Shown here piece after piece: positions 1 through 9,895 of a DNA stretch of 64,000 bases. A program made the translations under genes and the position numbers. The DNA lies in contig JAPDJU010000005.1 in NCBI GenBank assembly GCA_029258915.1, positions 265,797 through 329,796 on the forward strand. Reading direction: 5' to 3'. Positions within the stretch are counted from its first letter, which is position 1; each line of letters opens with the position of its first letter. The stretch comes from Thermoproteota archaeon (GTDB lineage Archaea; Thermoproteota; Thermoprotei_A; EX4484-217-1). The notes beneath the pieces are model-generated. The model searched no databases. It was not told the DNA's origin and saw nothing but the letters and a program-made list of their open reading frames with translations.

Positions 1-2
1 GA

Positions 3-191
3 GGCGAAATATCAGGTCTTGAATCACGTATAGGAAGCATCGAAGGGGTTCTTGAAGATATAAGGACAGCTATAAGCGATTTGGAAAGCAATGTTGCTAG
101 CGTAAGCTCGCTAGTATATGGTGCTCTCGGCGCTGGCATCCTAGGTATTATCCTAGGTATTATCGCCATAGTTCTGGGAAGAAGAAGGTAA
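3..191 (+). CDS. 3' fragment of a gene truncated by the window start. It encodes a coiled-coil region followed by a C-terminal transmembrane anchor and a basic tail (..LVYGALGAGILGIILGIIAIVLGRRR*).
   Basis: Frame 3 is open from the window edge to TAA at 189-191. A hydrophobic stretch followed by RRR is typical of C-terminally anchored surface proteins in Sulfolobales-like archaea. Confidence 0.4.
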   Translation, partial: GEISGLESRIGSIEGVLEDIRTAISDLESNVASVSSLVYGALGAGILGIILGIIAIVLGRRR

Positions 192-402
192 TTTTCTTAT
201 AAACAAAGTAGGCTTTTTCTTTACTATTCTAATTCCTCCTAAATAACTACAATGGTAAAGTTAAGCTTGTTTGTGAGCAAAACAATTAAATATTCCTCAT
301 CTTAGTTTTAAAAGAGAATGAATGAGCTTACCTAGCTGAAACGGCCTAGCCCTTGGTGGTGAGGGTACAGTATTGCTGAAATATCATAGATCCCGGGAAG
401 TT

Positions 403-1455
403 ATGCGTATTATACGATTTATAGGTATAAGAACGTTAATAGTGGCTATTTCTCTTATAATAGCTATTTATCTTACAGTAATCGTAGCTAACATGGGTGG
501 TCATATAGATAAGATAATGGAGTCTGAAGTTAAGCTTAGAGTATATGCGAGGCTAAGAAATGACCCTACATGGAAAGCTTTACCAGCAGAGGAAAGAGAA
601 AGAATAGCGCAAAGTCGAATACAACAGGAACTAGAAAGGCTAGGATTAACACAGCCTTTTATTGTAAGAAGCTTCAAGTATCTACAAGATGCTTTGACAC
701 TTAACCTAGGTAGAGCCTTATATATAACTAGTGGAGGAGGTTCCAAGAGAATATGGGACATAATTCTTGAACGTTTGCCACCAACGGTTTTGCTATTCAC
801 GACAGCAAATGTTCTTATATTTTTCGCAGAAATACTTATCGGATTAACTGCGTCTAGAAAGTACGGTTCTAAACTTGATAAAACCATTGTAGGGTTTGCA
901 TGGTTGTCTTCAATGCCAGGCTGGTTTTACGGAATATTCCTAATACTCATATTTGCTGCTTGGCTCAGAGTACTACCTTATGGTGGCATGGTCGATGCCC
1001 CTCCACCCGAAGAACTTCACCTATATGCTTTAAGCGTGTTAAAACATATGGTGTTACCTTTAGCTTCATGGCTTATAGCCTACATACCCATTGGAGCTTA
1101 CTCTCGTAGAACATTCTTCCTTCTCTTTTCCATGGAAGACTACGTAGACTATGCTAGAGCTAGAGGCGTCCCTCCAAGGATTATTGAAAGAAGATACATA
1201 CTTAGACCCACGCTCCCCCCGATAATAACTTCGTTTGTTCTAACATTGATTGTTTCGTGGATGGGAGCTATGGTTACGGAGAGAGTTTTTTCATGGCCAG
1301 GACTGGGCACGCTTATGAGAGAAGCCATAGGTATTAATGATGCACCAGTTATCATAGGTGTAATTACCATCTATGCGTACTTACTGGCTATAAGCGTCAT
1401 TGCCTTAGACATAGCATATGCAATTATTGATCCTAGAATTAGAGTAGGAGGTTAG
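403..1455 (+). CDS. Permease of a Dpp/Opp-class (peptide/nickel/sugar) ABC transporter, DppB/OppB-like.
   Basis: The ORF track opens at TTG 373, but the N-terminus typical of this family (MRIIRFIGIRTLIVAISLII) begins at ATG 403. The protein has multiple transmembrane segments and an EAA-like loop. It abuts the next permease gene. Confidence 0.85.
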   Translation: MRIIRFIGIRTLIVAISLIIAIYLTVIVANMGGHIDKIMESEVKLRVYARLRNDPTWKALPAEERERIAQSRIQQELERLGLTQPFIVRSFKYLQDALTLNLGRALYITSGGGSKRIWDIILERLPPTVLLFTTANVLIFFAEILIGLTASRKYGSKLDKTIVGFAWLSSMPGWFYGIFLILIFAAWLRVLPYGGMVDAPPPEELHLYALSVLKHMVLPLASWLIAYIPIGAYSRRTFFLLFSMEDYVDYARARGVPPRIIERRYILRPTLPPIITSFVLTLIVSWMGAMVTERVFSWPGLGTLMREAIGINDAPVIIGVITIYAYLLAISVIALDIAYAIIDPRIRVGG

Positions 1456-1457
1456 AT

Positions 1458-2867
1458 ATGGCGACACGTCTAAGAGAATCAATCAAAATACTTTTCAGAT
1501 ACAAATCATTTATCATAGGCTTATTTATGATAATGTTCTTCGTAATATTATCCATATATGCTATTGTGATCATACCTTATGATAAAGCTATTCGTATGTG
1601 GAATTCCATAGAGTATTGGGAAGATTATCCTAAATTAGCGCTTCCGGCATGGATAAATAGTTTTTCCTCTAAGAAATTACCTGAAGGAACAATAATACTT
1701 GACTCTAGAAAAACAGAGTTAGGAATTACTAAGTCTGTTCAAAGAATAGAGTTTGGTGGAGTAGGTACTTTAATAAACATAAATATGAGATTCACTTACG
1801 AATACGAGGATTTCCCCTCAGAAATAGCATTATGGTTCTATGTTAACACAACAGAGCCCATGTTAATAATAATTACATGGGTAAAACCTGATGGAACAGA
1901 GGTTTTGGTGTACAGAGAAGTGCTGAGCAGTTATCAGTATTATAGGCTAACGGGAGACCTTGAATTCATTTCTAGGTTTGAAGCAAGGCTTATAAGCAAA
2001 CTCGGCAAAAAACCTAACTATCAAATACCTAGTGAAATAGCCTTATTTGCAAAGGAAGATGAAACAATTTTAGATAAAGAAACTGTTACTCCTCTCAAAG
2101 GTAAATACCAAGTCAAAATAAAAGCCAGAACAGGGGATCCTAAAGCTAATTTAGATGTGAAGATAAACATTTACGGTAAGGTCTATGGCCTTTTAGGAAC
2201 AGATGATAGAAGAAGAGACTTATTAATAGGTATCTTATGGGGAGCTCCTTTAGCGCTCTCCTTTGGAGTTCTTGCATCTGTTGCTACTGTTCTTTTACAA
2301 ATGATTATCGCAGCCATCGCGGCTTGGTATGGTGGCTGGGTTGATCATTTAATATCTAGGATAAACGAAGTCGTAATGATTATCCCATTCCTACCTTTAC
2401 TAATAATGATATCTTATTTCTACAAATTTAGCATATGGACGCTTCTTATAGTTGTTGTAGCCCTCAGCATGTTTGGCCCGGGAGTTAAAACTTACAGAGC
2501 TATGTTCTTACAAGTAAGGGAAATGCCCTATATTGAGGCTGCTCAAGCATATGGTGCTAGCAATGCTAGGATCATATTACGATACATGGTGCCGAAGATT
2601 CTTCCGACAATAGTACCTAACATAGTTTTAGCTGTACCATCGTTCGTATTCTTAGAAGCAGCATTAGCAATATTAGGCGTAGGAGATCCGCAAGCAATTA
2701 CCTGGGGTAAAATACTAGATGAAGCTTACACGGGTGGTGCACTATATTGGGGCCGTTACCACTGGATTTTAGCGCCTTCCCTTTGCTTAGTATTAATCTC
2801 CATAGGTTTTGCTTTAATGGGCTTTACCCTTGACAGAGTATTTAATCCTAGATTAAGGGAGATGTAG
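1458..2867 (+). CDS. Permease of a Dpp/Opp-class ABC transporter, DppC/OppC-like. It carries an extracytoplasmic insertion of about 200 aa after the first transmembrane segment.
   Basis: The C-terminal half matches the BPD_transp_1 fold (..LLIGILWGAPLALSFGVLASV..). Its ATG lies 3 nt after the stop of the upstream permease. Confidence 0.85.
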   Translation: MATRLRESIKILFRYKSFIIGLFMIMFFVILSIYAIVIIPYDKAIRMWNSIEYWEDYPKLALPAWINSFSSKKLPEGTIILDSRKTELGITKSVQRIEFGGVGTLININMRFTYEYEDFPSEIALWFYVNTTEPMLIIITWVKPDGTEVLVYREVLSSYQYYRLTGDLEFISRFEARLISKLGKKPNYQIPSEIALFAKEDETILDKETVTPLKGKYQVKIKARTGDPKANLDVKINIYGKVYGLLGTDDRRRDLLIGILWGAPLALSFGVLASVATVLLQMIIAAIAAWYGGWVDHLISRINEVVMIIPFLPLLIMISYFYKFSIWTLLIVVVALSMFGPGVKTYRAMFLQVREMPYIEAAQAYGASNARIILRYMVPKILPTIVPNIVLAVPSFVFLEAALAILGVGDPQAITWGKILDEAYTGGALYWGRYHWILAPSLCLVLISIGFALMGFTLDRVFNPRLREM

Positions 2868-2870
2868 AAT

Positions 2871-3830
2871 ATGGACGAAATCCTTGAAGCAGAGGATCTC
2901 TACCTATATTTTAGAACTTCAAGAGGAGATGTAAGAGCTGTTGACGGAGTCTCATTTAGTATCCTACGTGGAGAAACTTTAGCAGTAATTGGCGAATCAG
3001 GATGCGGTAAAACATCTTTAGCTAGGGCCTTAATGAGATATCTTCCGAGAAATGTATCACTTTACCGGGGAAAAGTGATTATTGATGGAATAAACGTAAT
3101 AAAACTTAGTGATAGAGAGTTTGATGAGAAAATCCGCTGGGTTAAAATCTCTTACGTGTCCCAAGCGGCTATGAACAGTTTAAACCCTGTGATTAAAGTT
3201 GTAGATCACCTAATAGAACCCCTTATTCTGAGAGAGATGGCAGCTAAAGAGGCTGCAATTGAAAAAGCTAAGGAAATGTTAAAATTAGTTGGTATTCCTG
3301 AAGATTTTCTTTATAGGTATCCCTTTGAACTTAGCGGGGGTATGAGGCAAAGAGTAGTAATAGCCCTTTCTCTAATAACTAAACCCAACATTGTTATACT
3401 TGATGAACCCACATCGGCTTTAGACGTTATGACTCAGGCAAATATTATAAATCTTCTCAAAAAGTTAAAAAGGGAGCTTAGATTAACATACATATTCATA
3501 ACGCATGATATAGGTACTTCAAGCGAGTTAGCTGATAAAGTTGCTGTCATGTATGCAGGTAAAATAGTTGAGTTTGGATCGTCAGAACAAGTATATGTAG
3601 ATCCTTTACATCCATATTCTAAAGCTCTATTAAATAGCGTACCACGCTTACACGAAGAAAGAATACCAACATTTGTTCCTGGTGCTCCTCCTAGCCTTAT
3701 AAACCCGCCAAAAGGTTGCAGATTTAGACCCAGATGCCCAAATGCAATGCCAATATGTGAAAAAGAGCCTCCACTAATTAAAATAAATAAGGAAAGTTAT
3801 GTTCAATGCTGGCTTTACACAGAAAAATAG
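2871..3830 (+). CDS. ATP-binding subunit of a Dpp/Opp-class ABC transporter, DppD-like.
   Basis: Walker A (GESGCGKTS), ABC signature (LSGGMRQRV), Walker B (ILDEPTSALD), and the C-terminal oligopeptide-type CxxRCP motif. Confidence 0.9.
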   Translation: MDEILEAEDLYLYFRTSRGDVRAVDGVSFSILRGETLAVIGESGCGKTSLARALMRYLPRNVSLYRGKVIIDGINVIKLSDREFDEKIRWVKISYVSQAAMNSLNPVIKVVDHLIEPLILREMAAKEAAIEKAKEMLKLVGIPEDFLYRYPFELSGGMRQRVVIALSLITKPNIVILDEPTSALDVMTQANIINLLKKLKRELRLTYIFITHDIGTSSELADKVAVMYAGKIVEFGSSEQVYVDPLHPYSKALLNSVPRLHEERIPTFVPGAPPSLINPPKGCRFRPRCPNAMPICEKEPPLIKINKESYVQCWLYTEK

Positions 3831-3835
3831 GAGGC

Positions 3836-4846
3836 ATGGTGGTTAAAATAAGCAAGACATTCATTAATGATGACAGGGAAAACCTTCTTGAAGTAAAAGG
3901 CTTAAGAATATGGTATCCTATACGAAAGTTTCTAAGCATAGTAGGATACGTGAAAGCTGTTGATGGAGTTTCGTTTAGTGTTAAGAAAGGAGAAATTTTC
4001 GGCGTAGTTGGCGAAAGCGGTTGCGGTAAAACAACCCTAGGCAAAGGAATATTGAGATTACTTAAACCCACTAGCGGTCACATATATTTCGAAGGTAAGG
4101 ATGTTGCACGTATTAAAGGTAAAAAGCTTAAGTGGTATAGAAGAGTTACAGGTATTGTACAGCAAGACCCTTATGGTGCGATGCCCCCGTTTATGCCGGT
4201 TAAAACAATATTAGAGGAGCCTTTAAAAATACACGGAGTGTCTAAAGAAGAAAGAAAAGAAAGGGTAATAAAGGCGCTAGAAGAAGTAAAGCTCACGCCC
4301 CCCGAGGATTTCCTTAATAAGTATCCTCATATGCTCAGCGGAGGCCAATTACAGAGAGTAGCCATAGCAAGAGCATTTATACTTAAACCTAAATTAGTTG
4401 TAGCTGACGAACCTGTGTCCATGCTTGATGCATCGGTTAGAGTTGAAACCTTAATGCTATTTAAAGAGCTCCAGAAAAAGCATAAAGTATCAGTAATTTA
4501 CATCACACATGACTTTTCAACGTCAAAATATTTCTCGGATAGAATAAGTGTAATGTATGCAGGCCACATAGTCGAGTTAGGACCTGCTAGAAAAGTAATG
4601 AGCGACTCTAAACATCCATATACATCACATCTTATAAAGGTTATACCAGATCCCGATCCTAAAAACAGGTTTGTGTTTAAAGAAACCTTACCAGGTGAAC
4701 CACCTAGTCTTGCCAATCCTCCTCCTGGTTGTAGGCTTTCGCCAAGATGTCCCTATGTAATGAACATATGCAAGGAAAAAGAACCACCAATGATAAGAGT
4801 ATCTCAGGAACAGTACGTGAAGTGTTGGTTATATGCACGCAAATAA
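3836..4846 (+). CDS. ATP-binding subunit of a Dpp/Opp-class ABC transporter, DppF-like.
   Basis: Walker A (GESGCGKTT), ABC signature (LSGGQLQRV), Walker B (VADEPVSMLD). GGAGG precedes ATG 3836. The track ORF begins earlier, at 3806. Confidence 0.9.
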   Translation: MVVKISKTFINDDRENLLEVKGLRIWYPIRKFLSIVGYVKAVDGVSFSVKKGEIFGVVGESGCGKTTLGKGILRLLKPTSGHIYFEGKDVARIKGKKLKWYRRVTGIVQQDPYGAMPPFMPVKTILEEPLKIHGVSKEERKERVIKALEEVKLTPPEDFLNKYPHMLSGGQLQRVAIARAFILKPKLVVADEPVSMLDASVRVETLMLFKELQKKHKVSVIYITHDFSTSKYFSDRISVMYAGHIVELGPARKVMSDSKHPYTSHLIKVIPDPDPKNRFVFKETLPGEPPSLANPPPGCRLSPRCPYVMNICKEKEPPMIRVSQEQYVKCWLYARK

Positions 4847-5051
4847 CCCTAAAATTTTAACAGTAATCGGAGCACTAATGCTAATTAGCGGATGGGCAAT
4901 AGCGTTTTTAACTGTTATTAAGATTATTGAGGAAAACCTGTATCTCATAATATTAGCGTACGGAATAAACCTTGTAGGTTTATTTATTGGACTATATGGA
5001 GTAAGTTCCTATATATATGTTAAGAGACGTGAAAAGAAGCAGAAAAAATAG
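4833..5051 (+). CDS. Small hypothetical membrane protein with two transmembrane segments and a lysine-rich C-terminus.
   Basis: ORF of 72 aa with two clear hydrophobic helices. Its start overlaps the stop of the ATPase gene. No recognisable family. Confidence 0.3.
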   Translation: MHANNPKILTVIGALMLISGWAIAFLTVIKIIEENLYLIILAYGINLVGLFIGLYGVSSYIYVKRREKKQKK

Positions 5052-5303
5052 TTTTAAGTAAAGCCACTTAAGTGCTTTAAATCACATCACTTAAACCATA
5101 ATACAAGTTTAACTATGAAAATACCCTTACTTCTGGTTACAGTATTCTTTAAAATGACACTATGCTGTCGTTAAAGTTTTCACAATTACGCTACTATAAT
5201 GTTTTAAATGATGTTGAATAGTACAGATATGTACATACACAAAATATTTAAGCACGCCCTTAACTAAATTGAGTGAATACAAATACAGGGTGAATTTGAA
5301 AAA

Positions 5304-7502
5304 ATGAGTTTAAGAAAAGCAATATCCAAGACTGCCGCTATTGCTATCGCTGTAATTTTGATTGTAGTTGTTGTTGCTGGAATGTATTTCGCAATGGCAC
5401 CTACTCCAACACCGACACCATCGCCAACAACTACACCTCCAGTATCGCCAACTCCAACACCAACAAGTCCAACTCCGACACCACCGCCTCGTACTAAAAC
5501 AATGCATAAGAGAGTAATCTACATTATAAATAACGACGCTACTGCTAGAATTCAACTTTACAGGGCAGGTGTTGGTGATAGAGCAGCAATACCACCGGAT
5601 AGAATAAAAGATGTTGAAGGTACAATCTTAGGTAACTACCAGATAGTTGTCGAGAAAAGGCCGGACCTCGTACTATTAACAGTATACTTTGCTGTACTAA
5701 ATACTCAAAGAGAACCACTAAACAATGTATATGTTAGACAAGCTCTCTCATGGGCTGTACCTTATGACACCATATTTGAGAAAGTATATGCTGGCTTATT
5801 AGTACCATATTATGGTGTCATACCTAAAGGTCTACTTGGTTATACAGAGTATAAGATTTTCAAATACGAATTTAACATGGATAAGGCCAGCGAACTTATT
5901 GAAAAATCAGGTATTGATCCATCACAGTATACGCTAACTATATACTACAACATAGGCAATGACCCCAGAGCTCAAACTGCTGCTTTACTAGCCAACACTT
6001 GGGGTAGACTAGGATTTAATATTGTAATTCAGCCATTAAGCTGGCCTGTAGTACTACATAAGACAGCTCATGGAGACTATGACGTATGGCTTGTTGGCTG
6101 GGTACCAGACTACCTAGACCCTGACAACTATGCTGGCCCAATGTTCTATGGAGGTATAGAATTCGATGAGTTAAACGTCTTCACAGTTGAATCTTCAGCT
6201 GAAATATCTGCTCACTTAAAGAACGCTAAAGTATTTGATACTGAAGAAGCATGGGTTGTTGTTGGAGAAAAAGGCACCGGAGCAACTGTACCTGAACTAA
6301 CAGGCAAGAGAATAGTAGTAGTACAGTACATGCCAAACTGGGAGGAAACGTTTACTATAGAAAAAGCTATGGAGGAAGGTTGGGGCTTCTCATACATTAA
6401 CCCGGCATTTTACAGAAACGTTACAACAGATGCTCTAATAATTGCTGCTAGAAGAGTAGCTGACATATCACTTAGAAGACCTGTATGTGAAGCAATATTT
6501 AGAGCATCAAACTATGAAGCACCATTCATATGGCTAGGTCAATACATATTCTTAAGACACTATTGGAACTGGGTTGGAGGGATATACTATCACCCAACAT
6601 TAGTTCCCAGATTTGACTTAGTATGGGAATGGAGTGATGCCCCAGTAGCTGATACCGGTATTAAAGAGTATAAGAATGATCCAGAAACGTACGTTATAGT
6701 CACTATTGGATGGCCTGATACTTTTGACCCTGCTAAAAGCTATGAAACTTTTGGATGGCAAATATTCCATCAAGTAGGAGACCCCTTAGTAACATATTGG
6801 AAAGAAGAAACAGAAGAAGTTTCACCAGATCTAGCAGTAGCATGGGCATTCGATGAATCTGGAACTGAATGGTACTTTATAATTAGAGGAGGAGTTGTAG
6901 CCTACGATCCATGGAATGATAAAACATATCCTATTGACGCAACGGATGTAATGTTTGAAATATGGAGACTAGCCAGGTCACAGCTGGATCCAACATGGAT
7001 GATAGCAGAGTTCATAGACGTTAATGCATCTAAGGTGTTAAGTGAAGAGGAATTTGATACTTTATTAGCCGAGAAACCACTGAAAGTAGCCTGGAGAGGT
7101 AAATCCGGCGAAGTAAGTTCATTAGATGAACTATTAAGCTTCTTTGGATATGAAGGCGACACAGCAGGAGTAGTAATGTTGAAACTATATCACCCATATG
7201 TACCATTCTTAAGCATCTTAGCTGACCCATTTGTCATGGTTGTTCCCGCAGAATACATGCTCGGAGATAAGTATGAGGAAGTTATGGAAGCCGGTGAATG
7301 GGGTAAGAATCCATCAGCATGGGCAGCATATGTACAACCAGGAGAAGAAGATCCAATACACAAGCTATTAGCAGAAAAACTAGTAGGTACTGGACCATTC
7401 TACATAAAAGAATATGTTGAAGACAGCTACATAGTATTAGAGATTAACCCATACTACTGGAATGCAACATTATGGGAACAACTCTACGGATACAAACCAT
7501 AA
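5304..7502 (+). CDS. Family-5 (Dpp/Opp-class) extracellular solute-binding protein. It has an N-terminal transmembrane/signal anchor followed by a Thr/Pro-rich linker.
   Basis: N-terminal hydrophobic anchor, then PTPTPTPSPTTTPPVSPTPTPTSPTPTPPP, a linker of the kind found in Sulfolobales substrate-binding proteins, then about 650 aa of SBP_bac_5-like domain. It sits between two permease/ATPase sets. Confidence 0.85.
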   Translation: MSLRKAISKTAAIAIAVILIVVVVAGMYFAMAPTPTPTPSPTTTPPVSPTPTPTSPTPTPPPRTKTMHKRVIYIINNDATARIQLYRAGVGDRAAIPPDRIKDVEGTILGNYQIVVEKRPDLVLLTVYFAVLNTQREPLNNVYVRQALSWAVPYDTIFEKVYAGLLVPYYGVIPKGLLGYTEYKIFKYEFNMDKASELIEKSGIDPSQYTLTIYYNIGNDPRAQTAALLANTWGRLGFNIVIQPLSWPVVLHKTAHGDYDVWLVGWVPDYLDPDNYAGPMFYGGIEFDELNVFTVESSAEISAHLKNAKVFDTEEAWVVVGEKGTGATVPELTGKRIVVVQYMPNWEETFTIEKAMEEGWGFSYINPAFYRNVTTDALIIAARRVADISLRRPVCEAIFRASNYEAPFIWLGQYIFLRHYWNWVGGIYYHPTLVPRFDLVWEWSDAPVADTGIKEYKNDPETYVIVTIGWPDTFDPAKSYETFGWQIFHQVGDPLVTYWKEETEEVSPDLAVAWAFDESGTEWYFIIRGGVVAYDPWNDKTYPIDATDVMFEIWRLARSQLDPTWMIAEFIDVNASKVLSEEEFDTLLAEKPLKVAWRGKSGEVSSLDELLSFFGYEGDTAGVVMLKLYHPYVPFLSILADPFVMVVPAEYMLGDKYEEVMEAGEWGKNPSAWAAYVQPGEEDPIHKLLAEKLVGTGPFYIKEYVEDSYIVLEINPYYWNATLWEQLYGYKP
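5400..5501 (+). repeat. Low-complexity (ACN CCN)n tract encoding the Thr/Pro-rich linker of the binding protein.
   Basis: A direct read of ccaacaccgacacca... repeats. Its reverse complement produces the artefactual Trp/Cys-rich antisense ORF at 5310..5555. Confidence 0.8.
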
Positions 7503-7664
7503 AAACATTAAGCCTAAACATTATTTTTCTAACAAAAACAAGTTCACACATAAAAAATTTTTAATCTCTTATAGTTCTATGTTAAATGTTCCTATAATGA
7601 TAAAGTTTATTAGATACCTCCTTTTCAACTACCATGAATAAATTTAGAACATTTACTCAGCGGG

Positions 7665-8717
7665 TTGAACGCATTGGCTGGGTTAAAAGAATACCTAGTT
7701 AGAAGAGCAGTTACATTCATCCCCACACTATTAGGTGTGACACTAATAGTATTTATAATTGCAAACATTATTCCAGCAGATCCTGCAAGAGCATGGGCTG
7801 GAGGTGAGAGAGCAAGACCTGAAATTGTTGCAAGAATTAGAAAGCAATACCATCTTGATGATCCATGGTATATACAATACGTTTTCGTAATGAAGGGTAT
7901 TATAAGTTACTTTACTTCACCTACGCATGAGGGAGCAATAATTGATCCCTTAACTAGCAAGTATGTTTTTGACAATATTTTTCTAAGATTTCCTACAACA
8001 TTTCAGCTAGCCTTATTCGCAGAAATATTTATCCTAACTATAGGTATTCCTTTAGGCTTAATTTCAGCTTTAAAAAGAAATACTTGGATCGATACATTTG
8101 TAAGGTTTTTCGCCTTAACAGGAACGTCAATGCCTATTTTCTGGTTTGGCTACTTAATGATGTGGGTTTTCTTCTCCCATCTTCGATGGACAAGTTTAGC
8201 AGGAGTACCTTCACCTAGATGCTATGAATCAGGCACATGTCCTATAACGACATATATTCCAATATTTGACGCTTTAATAGCAGGCGAATATGATATAGTT
8301 ATGCAAGTAATTAGAAGGTTCTGGCTTCCCGGGTTTGTTTTAGGGTTTAGAGCTGCTGGTGTTTTAGCTAGGATAGTTAGGAACTCGTTCTTAGATGCTT
8401 TAAGCTCGGATTTCATAGAATTCGCTAAAGCTAAAGGGCTACCTAAAAGATGGATATGGAAACATGCTTTGAAAAACGCTTTTGTTCCTGTAATAACTGT
8501 CATAGGATTGCAATTCGGTGGATTATTAGGAGGCGCTGTAATAACAGAAACAGTCTTTGGGCTTCCAGGTATTGGAAGGTATGCTGTTAATTCAATAAAC
8601 TACTTAAACATGCCAGCAGTAATCGGTGTAACATTAATGTTTGCATTTATGTATATGCTGGTTAATCTTATGGTTGATATAGTCTATTCAGCTTTAGATC
8701 CAAGAATAAGATATTAA
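7665..8717 (+). CDS. DppB/OppB-like ABC permease of a second transporter set.
   Basis: TTG start. The N-terminus (LKEYLVRRAVTFIPTLLGVTLIVF) and C-terminus (..DPRIRY) are typical of the family. Confidence 0.85.
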   Translation: MNALAGLKEYLVRRAVTFIPTLLGVTLIVFIIANIIPADPARAWAGGERARPEIVARIRKQYHLDDPWYIQYVFVMKGIISYFTSPTHEGAIIDPLTSKYVFDNIFLRFPTTFQLALFAEIFILTIGIPLGLISALKRNTWIDTFVRFFALTGTSMPIFWFGYLMMWVFFSHLRWTSLAGVPSPRCYESGTCPITTYIPIFDALIAGEYDIVMQVIRRFWLPGFVLGFRAAGVLARIVRNSFLDALSSDFIEFAKAKGLPKRWIWKHALKNAFVPVITVIGLQFGGLLGGAVITETVFGLPGIGRYAVNSINYLNMPAVIGVTLMFAFMYMLVNLMVDIVYSALDPRIRY

Positions 8718-8728
8718 GGTGAAAGCAG

Positions 8729-9895
8729 GTGACTCTTGTTTCTGAGGAAGTATATGAGAAGAAAATCCTTGACAAAGTAATTGACAGGCTTGTAGATGGC
8801 GTTGCAAAGGTAATAGATAAGTTCAAACCAGGATGGTCCGTAAAGAATAGATCTAAAATAGATGAATGGAAGTTAATGTTTTATGCTTTTAATAGGTCTC
8901 CACCAGGCTTAATAGGTGCAGCTTTAATACTAGGTTTCATAGCAATAGGTATTTTTGGACCGTATTTCGCACCTTACAGCTATAGGCTGTTCTTATTCAT
9001 AGAGCATGAAGAAACGTATCTTGTCCCACCTGGATCGACCATAGTATCTAAGGGAGAAACGTTTTATTTTCCACTAGGAACGGATAAGTATGGTAGAGAT
9101 TTGTTAAGCTTAATATTATATGGTGCAAGGGTTTCATTGGTTGTTTCAATGATAGTTATAGCTTTAGGTGTGCCTTTAGGCATAGTTTTAGGTTTAGTAG
9201 CGGGATATTTTGGAGGAAAAATAGATGAAATAATAATGAGAATTACAGATACATTCCTAGCATTTCCCGCTTTAATTTTGGCTATTGCTTTTGCAGCTGT
9301 TTTACCTGAAAGGCTAAGACCTATGATAATATATAATGAGCAGTTGAAAACATTGTTATCAATATTCTTTGCTGCCGACCCTAGGGATGCAGCTAATTTT
9401 GCACCAATACTTTCAGTTATACTTGCAATAATTATCGTTTGGTGGCCTGGCTATACTCGAATAATTAGAGGAAGTGTACTTAGTGTTAGAGAAAACCTTT
9501 ACGTTGAAGCAGCTAGAGCATTAGGTGTAAGTACATGGAAGATATTAACTAAACATATCCTGCCAAACGTTATTTCACCAGTATTGGTTCTCATAACTCT
9601 TGATGTTGGTGCAGTTATCCTTGTTGAAGCAGGCTTAAGCTTTTTAGGTCTTGGAGCTCAAGACCCTATGATAGACTGGGGTAAAATAGTTTTCGATGGA
9701 GCTCAATACTTCCCAGATAGATGGTGGCTGGTACTTTTCCCTGGGCTTGCAACATTCTTAGCAGTTTTAGGTTGGAACCTTGTAGGTGACACTTTAAGGG
9801 ACGTATTAGACCCGAAAACTAGGAGGAGCATAGAATTTAAAGTTAAAAAGAAAAAGCTGGCTGCAACATCAGAAGATGGAGGAGCTAGTCAATGA
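8729..9895 (+). CDS. DppC/OppC-like ABC permease of the second set.
   Basis: GTG start. Transmembrane-rich, with a C-terminus of ..LRDVLDPKTRR. It overlaps the next gene by 4 nt. Confidence 0.85.
   Translation: MTLVSEEVYEKKILDKVIDRLVDGVAKVIDKFKPGWSVKNRSKIDEWKLMFYAFNRSPPGLIGAALILGFIAIGIFGPYFAPYSYRLFLFIEHEETYLVPPGSTIVSKGETFYFPLGTDKYGRDLLSLILYGARVSLVVSMIVIALGVPLGIVLGLVAGYFGGKIDEIIMRITDTFLAFPALILAIAFAAVLPERLRPMIIYNEQLKTLLSIFFAADPRDAANFAPILSVILAIIIVWWPGYTRIIRGSVLSVRENLYVEAARALGVSTWKILTKHILPNVISPVLVLITLDVGAVILVEAGLSFLGLGAQDPMIDWGKIVFDGAQYFPDRWWLVLFPGLATFLAVLGWNLVGDTLRDVLDPKTRRSIEFKVKKKKLAATSEDGGASQ

Noticed and set aside
501-887. Numerous antisense or embedded ORFs in the track (for example 501..887, 1149..1370, 3778..4071, 8222..8503, 10755..11060, 29513..29821, 42531..42887, 57424..57924).
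   Set aside because: All lie inside well-supported genes on the opposite strand or in alternative frames. They have low-complexity, Ser/Leu-rich composition typical of shadow ORFs in AT-rich DNA.
5310-5555. The antisense ORF encoding a Trp/Cys/Arg-rich peptide (CRSWTCWCWSWRYWRC...).
   Set aside because: It is the reverse-complement shadow of the (ACN CCN)n Thr/Pro-linker repeat of the binding-protein gene.
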